A stretch of 64,000 nt of DNA from Candidatus Cloacimonadales bacterium (GTDB lineage: Bacteria; Cloacimonadota; Cloacimonadia; Cloacimonadales; DAONDQ01), in assembly GCA_963662275.1 (NCBI GenBank), contig OY759316.1, forward strand, positions 1,600,001-1,664,000, given 5' to 3'. This document shows, one piece after another, positions 10,041 through 20,069 of this stretch. Within the stretch, counting starts at the first letter, position 1; each line of letters begins with the position of its first letter. The notes below the pieces were generated by a model. That model was given only the letters and a program-made list of their open reading frames with translations, was not told where the DNA came from and made no database searches. The position numbers were made by a program, and so were the translations under genes.

Positions 10041-10139
10041 AAAAAAGAAACGGAGAAATCAATTGCTTCTATGTCAATATTCATCCTAATTATTTTCAAT
10101 ACTTGACATCCAGAATACCCAAAAAAATATAACATTCAT

Positions 10140-10226
10140 GCGAAAGTGGCGGAATTGGCAGACGCGCTGGACTTAGGATCCAGTTGGGTTAAACCAGTAG
10201 GGGTTCAAGTCCCCTCTTTCGCACCA
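10140..10226 (+). tRNA. tRNA-Leu(TAG)
   Basis: Acceptor stem GCGAAAG/CTTTCGC, anticodon arm CTGGA-CTTAGGA-TCCAG, long variable arm, GGTTCAAGTCC T-arm, encoded CCA; usual position before tig; TTGACA at 10103. Confidence 0.97.
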
Positions 10227-10256
10227 TTTTATGAATGAAGGACATAGGAGAATACA

Positions 10257-11564
10257 TTGAAAGTCGAGATCAAAGAAATCGACCCGGTTGTACGGGAAAT
10301 GACCGTGACGGTTCCGGTTGAAGAAACAGAACCCATCTATCGTAAAGCATTGAATAAAGTGAAAGGGAAAGCTGCTATTCCTGGTTTCAGACCTGGGAAA
10401 GCTCCCGAAAAGATGGTGGAACATCAGTACGAAAGTTATATCACACAGGAATTCTATGAGCATGCATTAGAACACTTCTATTTTAAAGCAATCGAAGAAA
10501 ACGATCTGAATCCCATCAATGAACCGGAGAATACACAGTTGGATTGGGAAAAAGGAAAGGAATTCGTAGCGACCTATCGCTTTGAAGTACATCCTGAAAT
10601 CGAAGTAACGAATTACACAAATCTGGAAGTTGAATGGGAAGCGATTCCACTGGAAAATGAAGTCAATGATTATTTGGATGAAATGCGCCAGAAAATGGCA
10701 CAATTTATTGAAGCTGAGGGAACGGTTGAACCTAAGGATCTGGTTGAAGTAGAAATCACTTATGATCAAGATGGTGAACAGAAAAAAATGAATCACAGCT
10801 TCTTCCTCTTCAATGAATATATGGATAAAAACCTGATTTCAACATTGGTGGGTACGAATATTGGGGAAACAGTAAATGCAGAAGTTGATGAATATATCCT
10901 TTCTCATGAGCATCATGACCATGATGATAAAGAAGAACACTCACATACAAAGGTGCCAGTTACTATTATGATCAATTCTATTCGTCGCAGTCACCTTCCC
11001 GAGTTGGATGATGAGTTTGCGAAAGATGCTGAATTCGATTCTCTCGAGGATATGAAGCTGAAAATTGGTGAAGAGATGCATGATCACAACGAAAAGGGCA
11101 ACATTGACCGGAAACGTGATGCGATCATCTCCAAGCTCTTTGAGTTAAATCCATTCCCCTTACCGAAAAGCTTTGTCGATAGAATCACTGCTATGTATAT
11201 GGAATCGCAACAAGATAAGGATATTCCTGATTGGTTTAAAACATATTATAAGATGTTAGCAGAAAAGCAGGTAAAGCGTCTTTATATCATGAGAAAATTA
11301 AGAGATATCTTCAATGTGACTGTCTCTGAAGAAGATAAAACTGCATTTATTACCAAGATGGCAGATGAACACAAGGAAACTGTTGAAGAATTCTCAAAGA
11401 AACATCCTGACCATGTTGAATCAGAAGGACTGGAAAGTGATGTCATTGAAGAAAAAGTCTTTACAGAATTGGAAAAAACAATGACCTTCATCAAGCCGGT
11501 TCCCAAAGCTGCGGAGCCGGTAATAGAAGAAAAATTAAAAGCTAAGGCGAAAGCAAAAAAATAA
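10257..11564 (+). CDS. tig: Trigger factor
   Basis: IPGFRPGKAP ribosome-binding signature, LPELDDEFAK; TTG start after AGGAG; tig-clpP-clpX synteny. Confidence 0.93.
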   Translation: MKVEIKEIDPVVREMTVTVPVEETEPIYRKALNKVKGKAAIPGFRPGKAPEKMVEHQYESYITQEFYEHALEHFYFKAIEENDLNPINEPENTQLDWEKGKEFVATYRFEVHPEIEVTNYTNLEVEWEAIPLENEVNDYLDEMRQKMAQFIEAEGTVEPKDLVEVEITYDQDGEQKKMNHSFFLFNEYMDKNLISTLVGTNIGETVNAEVDEYILSHEHHDHDDKEEHSHTKVPVTIMINSIRRSHLPELDDEFAKDAEFDSLEDMKLKIGEEMHDHNEKGNIDRKRDAIISKLFELNPFPLPKSFVDRITAMYMESQQDKDIPDWFKTYYKMLAEKQVKRLYIMRKLRDIFNVTVSEEDKTAFITKMADEHKETVEEFSKKHPDHVESEGLESDVIEEKVFTELEKTMTFIKPVPKAAEPVIEEKLKAKAKAKK

Positions 11565-11573
11565 GGAGCCATT

Positions 11574-12158
11574 ATGCCTTACGTTCCCATCGTTATCGAA
11601 CAGGTTGGACGAACAGAAAGGGCTTATGATATATATTCCCGTTTATTGAAAGATCGCATTGTCTTTGTATGCGGACCGATTGACGATTATGTTGCCGATC
11701 TGATTGTAGCCCAATTACTGCATTTGGAAGGTGAAGATCCTGAGAAGGATATCGCCATGTACATAAATAGTCCTGGTGGTGTTATAACTGCTGGTTTGGC
11801 TATATATGACACGATGCAGTACATCAAACCTCATGTTAGTACGACTTGCATTGGGCAAGCTGCCAGCATGGGTGCGGTGCTTTTAGCTGCCGGTTCTGCA
11901 GGGAAAAGATTTTGTCTGCCAAACAGTCGTATCATGATTCATCAACCTTTGGGTGGAGTTCAAGGTCAGGCAACGGATATCGAGATTCAAGCAAAGGAAA
12001 TCCTATATTTGAAGGAAAGAATCAGCCTCATTCTTCAGCATCATACAGGTCAGAATGCGGAGAAGATCATGAGGGACACGGATCGGAATTATTTTATGAG
12101 TGCTTTGGAAGCAAAAGATTACGGCATCATTGATGAAGTAATCGTCAAAAGAAAATAG
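11574..12158 (+). CDS. clpP: ATP-dependent Clp protease proteolytic subunit
   Basis: [25 protein letters not shown] and MIHQP motifs. Confidence 0.97.
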   Translation: MPYVPIVIEQVGRTERAYDIYSRLLKDRIVFVCGPIDDYVADLIVAQLLHLEGEDPEKDIAMYINSPGGVITAGLAIYDTMQYIKPHVSTTCIGQAASMGAVLLAAGSAGKRFCLPNSRIMIHQPLGGVQGQATDIEIQAKEILYLKERISLILQHHTGQNAEKIMRDTDRNYFMSALEAKDYGIIDEVIVKRK

Positions 12159-12167
12159 GAGCCATTC

Positions 12168-13406
12168 TTGGAGAAATACACGAACTTGAAATGTTCTTTT
12201 TGCGGAAGACCGGAAAACGAAACCAAACAGATGATTCATGGAATCCAGGGAAACATCTGTGATGAATGCATTGAGATGTGCTCAACTATTATTGAAACGG
12301 ATCGGAAAGATGATGAATTAGATAATTTTGTTTTACCGAAACCGAAAGAAATCAAGGAATTTCTAGATCAGTATGTGATTGGGCAGGATAAAGCAAAACA
12401 AATCATTGCTGTTGCCGTTTATAACCATTATAAACGTATCTTCAGGCAACAGAAGAATGATGAGATAGAACTTGAAAAGAGTAATATCCTCATGATTGGA
12501 CCTACCGGTTCAGGTAAGACACTCATGGCTCAGACCCTGGCAAAGTACTTGAAAGTACCATTTGCCATTTCAGATGCAACAACACTCACTGAAGCCGGTT
12601 ATGTTGGTGAAGATGTTGAAAATATCCTGGTTCGCCTACTGCAAAATGCTAATTATGACGTTGCTAAAGCTGAACGTGGAATTATATATTTAGATGAAAT
12701 TGATAAGATATCCAGGAAATCAGAAACTCCATCTATTACCAGGGATGTATCCGGTGAAGGTGTTCAACAGGCATTGTTGAAGATTCTTGAAGGTACGAAA
12801 GTCAATGTTCCACCGAAAGGTGGGCGTAAACATCCTCAGCAGGACTTTATTGAAATGGATACGACAAATATTCTATTCATTTGTGGTGGAGCTTTCTTTG
12901 GACTGGAAAGGATCATCCAAAGTCGCGTGAATAAGAAGAACGTTGGTTTTGATGCTGATATTCATATGCAGAAAGAGCAGCCTGATATTTTCGAATACGT
13001 TATCTCTGATGATCTGCTCAAATATGGTTTGATTCCTGAAATCATAGGTCGAATGCCGGTTATCGCGACACTTCATGAATTGAGTGAATCAGCCTTAATC
13101 CAGATTTTAACCCAGCCCAGGAATGCTATCTGTAAGCAATATAAAAAGTTATTCGATCTAGATGGAGTTGCTCTTGATTTTACTGAGGACGCTCTTTCAT
13201 CAATTGCCAAAATTGCGATCACGCAGAAGACTGGTGCCCGTGGATTACGTACGATCATGGAAAGAATCATGCTGAACCTGATGTATGAATTACCTGATCT
13301 ACCTAATATCTCTGAATGTATTGTTACAAAGGATGTGATTGAAGGTAATAAAGACCTTTTGACTGCTTTTACCAAGTCTGATAAAAAAGAAAAGATCTCT
13401 GCCTAA
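12168..13406 (+). CDS. clpX: ATP-dependent Clp protease ATP-binding subunit
   Basis: CSFCG..ICDEC zinc finger, [32 protein letters not shown] at the IGF loop. Confidence 0.97.
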   Translation: MEKYTNLKCSFCGRPENETKQMIHGIQGNICDECIEMCSTIIETDRKDDELDNFVLPKPKEIKEFLDQYVIGQDKAKQIIAVAVYNHYKRIFRQQKNDEIELEKSNILMIGPTGSGKTLMAQTLAKYLKVPFAISDATTLTEAGYVGEDVENILVRLLQNANYDVAKAERGIIYLDEIDKISRKSETPSITRDVSGEGVQQALLKILEGTKVNVPPKGGRKHPQQDFIEMDTTNILFICGGAFFGLERIIQSRVNKKNVGFDADIHMQKEQPDIFEYVISDDLLKYGLIPEIIGRMPVIATLHELSESALIQILTQPRNAICKQYKKLFDLDGVALDFTEDALSSIAKIAITQKTGARGLRTIMERIMLNLMYELPDLPNISECIVTKDVIEGNKDLLTAFTKSDKKEKISA

Positions 13407-13421
13407 TCGGCATAATAGACG

Positions 13422-13452
13422 AAGGCAGCAAGAAAGCTGCCTTTTTGTTTTT
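13422..13452 (+). terminator. Intrinsic terminator after clpX
   Basis: AAGGCAGC-aagaaa-GCTGCCTT followed by a T-rich run. Confidence 0.75.
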
Positions 13453-13463
13453 AAGGATGTGAT

Positions 13464-15047
13464 ATGCAGCAAACGTTGTTTATTCATGCTAGAATTTACG
13501 ATCCGCTAAGAGGCTTTCTTCATGCAGATTCTCTACTAGTTGAAGGGAATTGTATCATTGCTATCGGTGCTTATAATGAAATTAGTCATTTGATTTCCTC
13601 ACAGGTCGAAAAAATCGATTTGAAAGAAAAAATCTTGCTTCCTGCTTTTATTGATACACATACTCATTTTTTTGAATTGGCTCGAAAGAAAGTTGCTGTT
13701 GATCTCGAACCTGCAACGAATCTTGCTGAAGTTGAACAGATTCTCTTACGTTTTCGGGAGAATTTAACTGAAAAACTGGATTGGGTGAGAGGCAGTGGAT
13801 GGAATACAAATATTTATCCCGATACCCGATTGATGGATCGCTATTTCCTGGACAGAATCTTCCCTGATATGCCCGTTTCTTTTGAAAGCAAGGACTTTCA
13901 TAGTAAATGGTGCAACAGCTTAGCTCTTAAGATTGCGGATATTGATTCCAATACACCTGATCCTCCCGGCGCATTGATTCATCATTTTGCAGATGGAACT
14001 CCCAATGGTTTACTTTCTGAAAAAGCTTGGGAACTCATTGATCGGGTGATTCCTCCCATGAGTAGGAGAGAGATGAAACGGGTTACGAAACTTGCGATTG
14101 AGGATGCCTGGCGTTTTGGTCTTGCTGAAGTTCACAGTATGGAAAACAATTCGATATTTTCGCTTTATGATGAATTAAATGATGAACATATCCCCTTTCG
14201 ATTTTGTTGGCATTTTCCTTCTGAATATTTGAATGAAATGATTAAATCAGATACTCGATCCTATACCGGAACAGATACTTTAAAAATTGGTGGAATGAAG
14301 ATCTTTATGGATGGTTCCCTAGGTTCTCAAACTGCCTATATGTATGATTCTTATCCCAATCAAAACGATTATTTTGGGAATATCGTTTTGAGTGCAGAAG
14401 AGTTAATACAATTAGTGGAAAAGGGTCTTGAATATGGTATCTATTCCAGTATCCATGCAATTGGAGATCATTGTGTACATGAAGTCATAGATGTCATCGA
14501 CAGTGTGAATCAACGACACGGGATTGGTTTGCATAGAATTGAGCATTTGCAGTGCATTCGCAATGAAGATATTCCCAAGCTTATCAAAAATAAAATCTAT
14601 TGCGCTATGCAACCGATTCACATGAGAACTGATATTCCTCTCATCGAAAAACATTGGAATGAGGATGCTAAAAACAGTACTTATACTTTTAATACTTTGA
14701 TTAACAATGGATTGGAACCTGGTTTTGGTTCAGATACTCCTGTTGATACCATGAATCCCTTCAAAGGTATCTATTCTGCTTTGGAACGTAAACATCTGAA
14801 TGATCCTAAACAAGTCTCCTGGCATCCTCAGGAGAAAATTACTATTTCCACTGCTTTAAAAGCATACACAACTTGGGCTGCAAGAGCTTCTCAAAGCCAG
14901 GATAAACGAGGTAGGATCGCTCTCGGTATGCTAGCTGATTTGATTGTGATTGATGATTTTACTAAAGAACCTAATGAGTTCTGGCTGCAGTGTGAATCAT
15001 ATCTGACCATGGTGGATGGGAAAGTAGTGTATAGCAGAAGGTTCTAG
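13464..15047 (+). CDS. Amidohydrolase (Amidohydro_3 / YtcJ-like)
   Basis: PAFIDTHTH, KIFMDGSLGSQTA, IHAIGD, RIEHLQ, FGSDTPV and GMLADLIV motifs. Confidence 0.9.
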   Translation: MQQTLFIHARIYDPLRGFLHADSLLVEGNCIIAIGAYNEISHLISSQVEKIDLKEKILLPAFIDTHTHFFELARKKVAVDLEPATNLAEVEQILLRFRENLTEKLDWVRGSGWNTNIYPDTRLMDRYFLDRIFPDMPVSFESKDFHSKWCNSLALKIADIDSNTPDPPGALIHHFADGTPNGLLSEKAWELIDRVIPPMSRREMKRVTKLAIEDAWRFGLAEVHSMENNSIFSLYDELNDEHIPFRFCWHFPSEYLNEMIKSDTRSYTGTDTLKIGGMKIFMDGSLGSQTAYMYDSYPNQNDYFGNIVLSAEELIQLVEKGLEYGIYSSIHAIGDHCVHEVIDVIDSVNQRHGIGLHRIEHLQCIRNEDIPKLIKNKIYCAMQPIHMRTDIPLIEKHWNEDAKNSTYTFNTLINNGLEPGFGSDTPVDTMNPFKGIYSALERKHLNDPKQVSWHPQEKITISTALKAYTTWAARASQSQDKRGRIALGMLADLIVIDDFTKEPNEFWLQCESYLTMVDGKVVYSRRF

Positions 15048-15556
15048 GTGTTAGGTTTTAGGTGCTAGGTGACAGGTGACAGCGTACAGCGTACAGCGTA
15101 CAGGGTACAGGGTACAGGGTACAGGGTACAGGGTATTGGGTACAGGATATAGGGTACAGGATATAGGGTACAGGATATAGGGTACAGGGTATAGGGTATA
15201 GTTTAGAACAACAGAACAGAACAGAACAGTATCTCCCTTCATTTCGAACTAACGGGAAAGGAGTTTTTGCTACCGATTATGAAAGCAGAGATCTCCGAGT
15301 GAATAGATGGTTATTGAGCGAAGTCGAAATGCATCTATTAGTATCGAGGAGCAGACATTACGCATCCATAAAGTGTCAAATCAGTTCATTTCGATACGAT
15401 TTCTCCTTCGTCGACTCACCCTCTAATCCCTATTTTGTGCTCAAAAGAGGGAAGATTTTCCCTCCCTTTGGATAAAGAGAGGGATTAAGGGAGAGTTTGA
15501 TTCTCTGCTCTGCTTCTGAATCTATCAGCTGTTACCTGAGACCTGGCACCTTCCGC
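15034..15556. repeat. Composite intergenic repeat: G-rich heptamer arm, REP-like palindromes, C-rich heptamer arm
   Basis: About 23 heptamers (GGTGYTA, GCGTACA, GGGTACA, GGATATA) at 15040-15200, AACAG pentamers, internal hairpins, inverted ACCTG heptamers ending CCTTCCGC. Confidence 0.8.
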
Positions 15557-15634
15557 AATTTATTTACTTGACACTTCATTAATCCTTTATTTAACTCAAA
15601 TAAATTTTTACCTTGCAAGTACATTGGAGGTACT

Positions 15635-17764
15635 ATGAAATCAACTTTCCTGGTCGTTTTACTTTTTCTCTTTACTCAACCTGTTTTAGCAAGAATTCAA
15701 AAAATTGGAGAATATAATACTCCCGGGTATGCATATTCAGTCGTTGTAAAAGATAGTATTGCTTGTATTGCTGATTATGAAACAGGATTGCAGATTATTG
15801 ATGTGTCCAATCCCCAGGATCCGCTCTACCTGGGATCATATGATACACCGGGAATTGCATATTCAGTTACGATCGTCGGTAATATTGCCTATGTAGCGGA
15901 TCGGAGTTCAGGAATACAGATTATAGATATATCTGATGCTCAGAATCCTCAATTATTGGGATACTATTATACAATTGGCTCAGCATACTCGGTTTCCATT
16001 GAAGGCGACATAGCCTATATTGCTGAAGGTGAATCGGGCTTGCAGATCATCAATATTTCAAATCCCCTGGATCCACAGTTGTTAGGAGCATATGACATAC
16101 CCGGTTTTGCTTATTCAGTCACGGTAGTCGATAGCATTGCCTATATCTCAGATAGTGAATCAGGTTTGCAGATCATCAATGTATCCAATCCCCTAAATCC
16201 ACAGCTTCTTAGCACTTATTTTGACTTGACTGGATCAGTATATTCTGTCTCCATTGTGAATAATATTGCCTATTTAGCTGCATCGGGATTGCAAATCGTC
16301 GATATTACTGATCCTCAAAATCCACAACTCCTAGGTTCTTATCTTACATCCATTACAGCAGAAAGTGTCATTGTTCTGGATAATATAGCCTATGTTGCTG
16401 ATAATTCAGCAGGTTTGCAGATCATTGATGTATCCAATCCCCAAAATCCACAATTATTGGGCTTTTATGACACTTCCGGTACAACTTTTTCTGTTACTGT
16501 TATTGATGGAATAGCCTATCTTGCTGATAGTGCATCAGGCTTGCAGATCATTGATGTCTCCTCTCCAGAAATTCTGAGTTCTGTAGGTTCTTATGATACT
16601 CCTGGTTTTGTCTTGTCGTTTGCTAAAGTGGGTAACACTGTATACCTCGCAGATTGGGTTACGGGCGTGCAGGTCAGTGATGTATCAGATCCTCAAAATC
16701 CATTATTTCTGGGATTATATTATACTCCCAGTGCAGTTCACGATATAGTCATTGCAGATACCATTGCATTCCTGGCAGAAGACGCTTCAGGTTTGCAGAT
16801 CTTAGATGTTGCCGATCCCCAAAATATACAGTTATTGGGTTTCTATGACACACCAGGGACAGCTTGGCGTCTTGAAGTTATTGATAACATAGCTTATGTC
16901 GCGGATGGTGTTTCAGGCTTGCAGATCATTGATGTATCCAATCCCCGAAGTCCTCAGTTATTTGGTTTTTGTGACACACCCGGGTATGCCTTTTCGATAT
17001 CCGTTATTGGCAGCATAGCCTATGTTGCTGATGAAGCATCCGGTCTGCAAATCATCGATGTGTCTAATCCTCAAAACCCTCTGCTTCTTGGTTCGTGTGA
17101 TACTCCAGGTAGCGCATGTACGTTCGCTTTGTCTGATAGTATTGTCTATTTATCTGACTGGAATTCAGTTGTACAAATCATTAACATCTCTAATCCTTCC
17201 TCGCCTACTTTGATGGGGACTATATCTCTCTATCCAGCCAGCATTGCTTATCAAGTCTATATAGAAAACAATCTCTTATTTCTTTCTGATAACGGTTGGA
17301 ATGAGATTAGAATCTATGATATCAGTAACAGTTCAGAACCTGTGCTGGTGAGTATCTATCCACGAAATTACAATACTTACATGATGTTGCATGAAAACGG
17401 TTTACTTTATACAGCTAATGGATATTATGGGTTCAATATTTTGGATTTTAATGCTATTTCAGTGGAGGAACAAGTTGTTATTTCAAAATCACAATTAACC
17501 TTATCTAATTATCCCAATCCTTTTAATCCAAATACGTCAATTTGTTTTGATTTACCGATTTCCGGAAATGTGAATCTCAATATCTTTAATATTAGAGGAC
17601 AGAAAGTAAAAAGCTTATTGAATGAGCATTGCGATCAAGGTCAGCACACAGTTTCCTGGAATGGAAAAGATGATAATGGCAGATCAACAGCTTCAGGAGT
17701 ATATTTCGCCAGGATAAACAGCGGTGGAAAGAGGGTAAACAGGAAGTTGGTACTTGTTAAGTAA
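15635..17764 (+). CDS. Secreted LVIVD-repeat beta-propeller protein with C-terminal FlgD-Ig/T9SS-CTD-like domain
   Basis: Signal peptide; 14 repeats of about 43 aa (AYVAD..SGLQIIDVSNPQNP.LLG.YDTPG); CTD NYPNPFNP...IFNIRGQKVK...WNGKDDNG...SGVYF. Confidence 0.88.
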   Translation: MKSTFLVVLLFLFTQPVLARIQKIGEYNTPGYAYSVVVKDSIACIADYETGLQIIDVSNPQDPLYLGSYDTPGIAYSVTIVGNIAYVADRSSGIQIIDISDAQNPQLLGYYYTIGSAYSVSIEGDIAYIAEGESGLQIINISNPLDPQLLGAYDIPGFAYSVTVVDSIAYISDSESGLQIINVSNPLNPQLLSTYFDLTGSVYSVSIVNNIAYLAASGLQIVDITDPQNPQLLGSYLTSITAESVIVLDNIAYVADNSAGLQIIDVSNPQNPQLLGFYDTSGTTFSVTVIDGIAYLADSASGLQIIDVSSPEILSSVGSYDTPGFVLSFAKVGNTVYLADWVTGVQVSDVSDPQNPLFLGLYYTPSAVHDIVIADTIAFLAEDASGLQILDVADPQNIQLLGFYDTPGTAWRLEVIDNIAYVADGVSGLQIIDVSNPRSPQLFGFCDTPGYAFSISVIGSIAYVADEASGLQIIDVSNPQNPLLLGSCDTPGSACTFALSDSIVYLSDWNSVVQIINISNPSSPTLMGTISLYPASIAYQVYIENNLLFLSDNGWNEIRIYDISNSSEPVLVSIYPRNYNTYMMLHENGLLYTANGYYGFNILDFNAISVEEQVVISKSQLTLSNYPNPFNPNTSICFDLPISGNVNLNIFNIRGQKVKSLLNEHCDQGQHTVSWNGKDDNGRSTASGVYFARINSGGKRVNRKLVLVK

Positions 17765-17823
17765 AGAAACCTTATTAAAATATTGTATCACTTCTTGATA
17801 AAGCAAGTCATAAAAAAAAGAAC

Positions 17824-17854
17824 TTGACATTTGATTTATCACCTTTATTATAAT
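17824..17854 (+). promoter_or_regulatory. Sigma70-like promoter candidate
   Basis: TTGACA at 17824 with TATTAT (16-nt spacer) or TATAAT (19-nt spacer). Confidence 0.4.
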
Positions 17855-18105
17855 ATGGTTACATATGATTATGGGTTGAGACAAAAAGAAGAGGGATAAT
17901 ATGAAATCAAATTTATGGAAACCAAGGGAATTGCTATCACATTTTGCCTTTCTAATAGGGATAAAGGGAATAAGGAGGATTTATACACCTATTATCTAGT
18001 TACTTAATTTCTGGAAGTACTCTCTTGATTTCTGCAATCATTATTAATATTGAACATAATGTAATGTTATCTATATGGTTTCCTTCAACACCAATAGGAT
18101 GTCCA

Positions 18106-19566
18106 ATGATTAAGTATCTCAATTTCAAGCTTCTCGCATTCTCTATCTGTTTTATATTGTTTGGTTTTTCTCTTTGCTATAGTTATGAAATAGCCATACC
18201 TGGTATTGGAATGCCGAAGATGTTTACAACTTCAGATATTGATTTAGATGGTGATCAGGATCTAATTGTATCTGGAAATACACTCTCAGGAAACTTTAAA
18301 ATTCTGAAAAACTTAGGAAATGGAACATTCAACATCGAAAATTCGTTACCCGGATGTCGAAGAAATGCCCGCAATAGCAAATTGTATGATTTTAATAATG
18401 ACGGATATCCAGATATTGATTGTTATTATCCTGTATTTTATGACGATGGTGGTTATGATTTTTAAACACGAATATACATCAATCAGGCTGGTCATTTTGA
18501 TGAGTCAGAATTTATAGAGTTTTTTCCGATTCCACATTCTTCATCAAACTCGAACAAGTTTGGGGATTGGGATGGGGATGGATATATAGATTATTTTTAT
18601 GGAGCTAATGACTATTATTATTTTGTACATAATAACACGGATAATACTTTTACAGAGACTGGAGACTCTCTAGCAGGAAATTGTTTCGCGCAACTAAAAG
18701 ATATTGATTCTGATGGATTTGATGAGCTTTTACTTTCTCAAAATGGGTTGACAATTTACAAATTTCCGGATTTAGCTAATCCGATTTTTAACTATCCTTC
18801 TGAAGACATATTCAGAAATATGGATGTGCTTGATACAGACAATGATGGTGATTTAGACATAATCACAACATGGAGCGACTGGATTTCCAGCTCAATTGTG
18901 AATATCTATGAAAATACATCATCCCTTGATTATACCCTTCATAGCAATACCTATTATGATATCAGAACATTTGATGGTATCATTTTCAAAGACTTTAATC
19001 TCGATGGTTATCCTGATATCCTTAACTATACTTATGTTTCAAAGTTTAACATTAATGATTTCGGTTATCCTTTTAGTGATATCTATATGCTACCTGTTAT
19101 GTTACCGGATTATCCAATTTACTATGACTACTCATGTTTTGACTATATTGATTTAGATGGTAATCATACTCTTGATTTTATCTTGTTGTATGATACACCT
19201 GCTGCTATGGTTCGGGTATATTATAACCGTGGAGATGGCAGTTTTTCGGATGATCCGATTGTGACAAATAATGATGAACATGTTGCAGAACCCCAAGTTA
19301 TGATTTCAGCTTATCCAAATCCATTTACAAATCAGATTACTTTTACAGCATTTAACAAAAAACCAGCAATAGTTTCATTAACGATTTATAACATTAAAGG
19401 TCAAAAAATCAAGGAAATAATAAAGAACAGCAGGAATTCAAGAGAGATGGGCATCATTTGGGATGGAACAAATGATCACAACTCTTCAGTAGCTTCCAGT
19501 GTTTACTTTGCCAGGATGAGCTATAGTGGTAAAAATGTCAGCAAGAAGCTAGTGCTGGTTAAATAA
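18106..19566 (+). pseudogene. FG-GAP/VCBS-repeat secreted protein with CTD, interrupted by one in-frame TAA (18463-18465)
   Basis: ORFs 18025-18465 and 18748-19566 share a frame, which is open between them (TRIYINQ...GDWDGDGYID); DxDxDGxxD repeats on both sides; signal peptide from ATG18106; CTD AYPNPFT. Confidence 0.85.
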
Positions 19567-19609
19567 TTAAAAATTAAGAATTAAAAAATTAGGCAGAGAA
19601 GACTAATAC

Positions 19610-19790
19610 AAAATCCAAAAAAGTTCACAAAGAACTCAAAAAAAACTATCAAAGATAACTCATCTAACTCTTATAAACAATAGGGTGTCATCACTATACT
19701 ATTACGGTACAAATACGGTTTTTTACCGTAATGATACCGTATTGCTACCGTATTGCTACCGTAATGCTCTTAGGGGGCTACATGAGTCCG
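19610..19790. repeat. Degenerate 11-bp periodic tract with an internal orientation switch
   Basis: TTACGGTACAA, ATACGGTTTTT, then TACCGTAATGA, TACCGTATTGC x2, TACCGTAATGC; TACCGTA is the reverse complement of TACGGTA. Confidence 0.75.
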
Positions 19791-20069
19791 GAGGATGGTA
19801 ATTTAATAATATCGTAAAAGATATGTTGTTTTTGCATTAATCTGTTGTGTTGTCCTAACGGACGTAAATAGGAACATGCTGCTAGTGCTTTTATCAAATC
19901 CACTTGCGTTAGGATTCCACAGAATTTGTTATTGACAGAAAGAACTTACACAAATGACGTAAAATAAAGACAAGTAGCCGCTTGTTATCATAAATGCGTA
20001 TTTGAAATGGACTATACTTATTGTGTCATAAAAAACGATGGATTGAATATTCAAAAGAGGAAAGTAACC

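Noticed and set aside
15051..15242. 63-aa minus-strand ORF (YPVPCTL repeats)
   Set aside because: It is the translation of the heptamer tract, with no independent coding evidence
18463..18465. Stop-codon reassignment or Sec/Pyl readthrough
   Set aside because: The codon is TAA, which terminates many genes here; Sec and Pyl use TGA and TAG
19853..19914. attC-like site TCCTAAC...GTTAGGA
   Set aside because: The ends are complementary but do not fit RYYYAAC/GTTRRRY, inner pairing is weak, and there is no second site or integron integrase
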